Source of the DNA: an uncultured delta proteobacterium
GTDB lineage: Bacteria; Desulfobacterota; Binatia; UBA9968
Assembly (NCBI GenBank): GCA_963745835.1
Contig: CAVUZH010000024.1
Span: 64,001-128,000, forward strand
Length of the DNA stretch: 64,000 bases
Direction of reading: 5' to 3'
Under the pieces are notes generated by a model. That model was not told where the DNA came from and did not search any database. It saw only the letters and a program-made list of their open reading frames with translations. The position numbers and the translations under genes were made by a program. Of this stretch, positions 60,602 to 64,000 are shown piece by piece (position 1 is the first letter of the stretch; each line of letters opens with the position of its first letter).

Positions 60602-63295
60602 TCAGCTTTGTAAAAGTTGCCTGAGCACGAACTCCAAGATTCCGCCGTGACGGTAGTATTCAAGCTCGGCCGGGGTATCGATGCGGCAAATAGCCGTGAA
60701 CTCTTGAACCTCGCCGTCGTCCTCCATCGCTCTCACGGTAAGAGTTTGTCTCAACTTGAGGCCGGCCGAGATGCCGACGATTTCGAAAGTCTCAAAGCCG
60801 GTAAGATTATAATACTTCAGGTTTTCACCAGGCTTAAACTGCAGCGGCACGATTCCCATGCCAATCAAATTACTACGGTGAATACGTTCATAGCTCTCGG
60901 CGATAACCGCTTTCACGCCTAACAACCGGGGGCCTTTGGCCGCCCAATCACGCGAGGAACCGGAGCCGTACTCTTTTCCAGCAACAACTATGAGCGGGAT
61001 GCCTTCTTTTTGATATTGTATCGCGGCATCGTAGATTGACATTTGCTTCTTGTCCGGCAAATGAACCGTCACGCCGCCTTCAGTGCCCGGCGCCAGCATG
61101 TTTTTCAAACGAATATTTGCAAACGTTCCGCGCATCATGACTTCATGATTACCGCGACGCGCGCCATACTGGTTAAAGTCTTTGGGCAAAACGTCATTGT
61201 TGCTGAGGTAGCGCGCCGCCGGGCCGTTTCTCTCGATGGAACCCGCCGGCGAAATATGATCGGTGGTAACCGAATCACCGAGCAACGCTAGTACACGCGC
61301 TCCCTTGATCTCCTTAAGCTCGGCCGGGGTTCTCGACATTCCGTCGAAGTAGGGCGCTTCACGCACGTATGTCGACTGCAAATCCCATTGGAAGAGCTCG
61401 CCCTGCGGCACCGGCATGTTCTTCCACTGCTCATCGCCTTCGGTGGCCTGACCGTATTCCTTTTTAAACATCTCCGACCGCACCGATTTACGCATAGTCT
61501 CCTGAACTTCTTGGGGCGTCGGCCAAATGTCTCGCAAATAAACCGGCTTACCCTCCGAATCATTTCCTAGCGGTTCGTTATAGAGATCGGTATCCATACT
61601 ACCGGCCAACGCATAGGCAACTACCAGAGGCGGTGAGGCGAGATAATTGGCGCGGACATTAGGATGAATACGGCCTTCGAAGTTTCGGTTGCCGGACAAC
61701 ACCGCAGCGGCAACCAAGTCCCCTTCCTGAATCGCGTTAACCACTGGCTCAGGCAGTGGTCCGCTATTGCCGATGCAGGTGGTGCAGCCATAGCCAACCA
61801 GATGAAACCCGATAGCTTCTAAGTACGGCAGAAGGCCGCTATCCTTTAGATACTCGGTCACCACCTTCGACCCAGGTGCTAGACTGGTTTTCACCCAGGG
61901 TTTACTCGCCAGACCCTTCTCTGCGGCCTTTTTGGCCAGCAATCCGGCGCCGATCATGACCGACGGATTTGATGTGTTCGTGCAACTCGTGATCGCAGAG
62001 ATGACAACCGAGCCATGCGTGAGCGCGAACTTGTCGCCATTATTCTGCACAGTGACCGTCTTGTTGAGATCCCCACCCTTCATTAGAGACGGCAGCGCTT
62101 CTTTGAATGATTTCTTGCTTTCAGTCAACGGTATCCGATCTTGCGGCCGTCGCGGACCCGACAAGCTCGGCACCACCGTTGCCAGATCAAGCTCGAGTGA
62201 ATCGGTGAACATAGGATCAGGCGAAGAATCGGTGCGGAACATGCCTTGCTCTTTGGCATAGCTTTCAACCAAGTTGATCAGGTGTCGGTCTCGGCCGGTT
62301 AGTTCCAAGTAGCGCAAGGTCTCATCGTCAATTGGGAAGTACCCAATGGTCGCGCCGTATTCAGGCCCCATGTTGCCGATGGTCGCGCGATCGGCCAAGC
62401 TCAGACTAGACAAACCTGCGCCGTAAAACTCGACAAACTTCTCAACCACTCCCTTTTTCCGAAGCATCTGCACAACCGTCAGAACCAGATCCGTTGCGGT
62501 TGCTCCCTCCGGAAGTTTGCCGTGCAGCTTAAAACCGATCACTTCGGGGATGAGCATGATGATCGGCTGGCCAAGCAGCGCCGCTTCCGCTTCGATGCCA
62601 CCTACTCCCCAGCCGACGACACCCAAACCATTGATCATGGTCGTGTGTGAATCGGTGCCGACAACGGTATCAGGATACGCGAAGTGCGCGCCGTCTTTTT
62701 GCGCGCGGAAAACCACCGGCGCCAGATATTCAAGGTTCACCTGATGGCAAATTCCGGTATCGGGCGGGATCAGGCGGAAATTGTCAAAAGCCGTTTGACC
62801 CCATCTTAAAAATGCATAACGTTCGACATTTCGCCTAAACTCTATTTCCGAATTCTTGTGCAACGCATCCGCGCTGCCGAAAAAATCGACTTGGACCGAA
62901 TGATCGATCACCAGATCGACAGGAGCTAGCGGATTGATTTTTTTTGGATCTCCGCCTAAACGCTTCATCGCCTCGCGCATCGCCGCGAGATCGACTACGG
63001 CAGGAACTCCAGTTAGATCCTGCATCAGCACCCGCGCCGGCATAAACGCAATCTCTTTTTCCGACTTAACCTTCGGGTTCCAATTTGCGAGCGCTTCAAT
63101 GTCGCCCTTGGTAACGTGATGGTTGTCTTCCTGCCTTAACAGGTTTTCCAATAACACCTTGAGAGAAACAGGCAATCGAGAAATGTTCTGAAAGCCTGTG
63201 TTCTCTAGCAAATCGAGCCGGAAGATATCATAGCCTCGATCGCTCACTCTCAGCACCTTGCGCGTGCCGAAGCTGTCCACATACTTCTGTGCCAT
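60602..63295 (-). CDS. acnA: Aconitate hydratase A
   Basis: [50 protein letters not shown]. Confidence 0.98.
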   Translation of the reverse strand: MAQKYVDSFGTRKVLRVSDRGYDIFRLDLLENTGFQNISRLPVSLKVLLENLLRQEDNHHVTKGDIEALANWNPKVKSEKEIAFMPARVLMQDLTGVPAVVDLAAMREAMKRLGGDPKKINPLAPVDLVIDHSVQVDFFGSADALHKNSEIEFRRNVERYAFLRWGQTAFDNFRLIPPDTGICHQVNLEYLAPVVFRAQKDGAHFAYPDTVVGTDSHTTMINGLGVVGWGVGGIEAEAALLGQPIIMLIPEVIGFKLHGKLPEGATATDLVLTVVQMLRKKGVVEKFVEFYGAGLSSLSLADRATIGNMGPEYGATIGYFPIDDETLRYLELTGRDRHLINLVESYAKEQGMFRTDSSPDPMFTDSLELDLATVVPSLSGPRRPQDRIPLTESKKSFKEALPSLMKGGDLNKTVTVQNNGDKFALTHGSVVISAITSCTNTSNPSVMIGAGLLAKKAAEKGLASKPWVKTSLAPGSKVVTEYLKDSGLLPYLEAIGFHLVGYGCTTCIGNSGPLPEPVVNAIQEGDLVAAAVLSGNRNFEGRIHPNVRANYLASPPLVVAYALAGSMDTDLYNEPLGNDSEGKPVYLRDIWPTPQEVQETMRKSVRSEMFKKEYGQATEGDEQWKNMPVPQGELFQWDLQSTYVREAPYFDGMSRTPAELKEIKGARVLALLGDSVTTDHISPAGSIERNGPAARYLSNNDVLPKDFNQYGARRGNHEVMMRGTFANIRLKNMLAPGTEGGVTVHLPDKKQMSIYDAAIQYQKEGIPLIVVAGKEYGSGSSRDWAAKGPRLLGVKAVIAESYERIHRSNLIGMGIVPLQFKPGENLKYYNLTGFETFEIVGISAGLKLRQTLTVRAMEDDGEVQEFTAICRIDTPAELEYYRHGGILEFVLRQLLQS

Positions 63296-63739
63296 TGACT
63301 GCTCCTTGTATCTCTAACGGAACCTAGGTGAGTCGTCCTATTTTGTAGCTAGCCCGACGGGATAAAGCAACAGGAAGGTTGACAGTTGAGCGGTCCGGAG
63401 AAAACCCGAGCTATACCCAGCCTCGGGCTGCCGCGGCGGGAAAATCTTTTAAACCTTTATTAGGTGCAACTTAGCAACATCAGATAAGCCGCCTGGCTCA
63501 CCCCACCGGGCAGGCTGTCCTTACGGATTGTCGGCAATTAGTACACCATTTCGCTGAAAACGCGGGAGAACCGGACCGGGTGCAATCAGGCGAGAAGCTG
63601 CTGACTTGGGGAAGATCAGCGCTCTCCAACACAGGATCGCACTGAAGCGCACGGTTGTAGCGGCCGGCGATTTAGCCGCGTTCTGTATCGGATAATAAAA
63701 AGTTTCGCTTGATTGGGTGAAGCCGCTGATGCGCGAGAG

Positions 63740-64000
63740 TTAAAGGCCCGGAACTTCGGCTTCATGCGCGTGAGCTACTGCATCGAGCCGCCTCTGATCC
63801 AATCGTGTTCGGTCGAGAATTACTTTGCCATCGTGCGCCGCGCGAACGGCATCCAAGGAGACGATGAACTCTCCCGAATTCTCAACGTAAATTGTGATCT
63901 CATTACGATTTCCCAGCCGCACATCGCGCACGGCGCCGCAAGGATCACGCCCTCTCCTAGATATACCTGAGCTCCGATCTCGACATTTTTCTTCTGTTCC
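63740..64000 (-). CDS. Small hypothetical protein, 5' end outside the window; probable missing base near 63941
   Basis: GAVRDV...IYVENSGEFIVSLDAVRAAHDGKVILD...AVAHAHEAE; adjacent frame upstream reads VEIGAQVYLGEG. Confidence 0.6.
   Translation of the reverse strand, partial: GTEEKCRDRSSGISRRGRDPCGAVRDVRLGNRNEITIYVENSGEFIVSLDAVRAAHDGKVILDRTRLDQRRLDAVAHAHEAEVPGL

Noticed and set aside
63551-63670. c-di-AMP (ydaO) or glycine riboswitch suggested by CGCTGAA...GCGGGAGAACC
   Set aside because: The downstream conserved elements are absent, and on that strand no gene follows in the right orientation
1-64000. CRISPR arrays, IS elements, defence systems, rRNA and the many 60-190 aa antisense ORFs
   Set aside because: No regularly spaced repeats or transposase/nuclease motifs seen; the short ORFs overlap well-supported genes and lack recognisable motifs

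Overview
Core-chromosome window from a diderm bacterium. Gene order and content look deltaproteobacterial-like; Binatota/Candidatus Binatia is plausible but only an inference. Most genes lie on the minus strand. Housekeeping blocks: tlyA-dxs-ispA, xseA/B, ftsEX-envC-ctpA, hppA/tatC, murJ/rpsT, leuS-lptE, the yceD-rpmF-plsX-fabDG-acpP-rpiB-glyA-nrdR-rib-nusB superoperon, queG, yebC-ruvCAB, rlpA, acnA and tRNA-Leu(UAA). Two systems stand out. (1) An NtrY-type sensor kinase is followed by an NtrX-type receiver domain that has no AAA+/HTH output and runs through a short linker into LpxC, the committed enzyme of lipid A synthesis. This is a probable REC-LpxC fusion, i.e. a two-component system whose output is the enzyme itself. 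(2) A ~10 kb carotenoid island (crtE-crtI-crtB-cruF, cruG, acyltransferase) sits between xseB and ispA. It carries a CarH-like B12-binding regulator with inverted architecture (C-terminal XRE HTH, altered upper-ligand motif) and a 26-bp palindrome in its divergent promoter. Also seen: a RibBA with a degenerate RibB half, an HtrA homolog lacking its catalytic triad, and a B12-radical SAM protein with a duplicated 84-aa tail. About six single-base frameshifts, several in normally essential genes, suggest consensus errors in the assembly. No CRISPR array, transposase, integrase or rRNA was seen.
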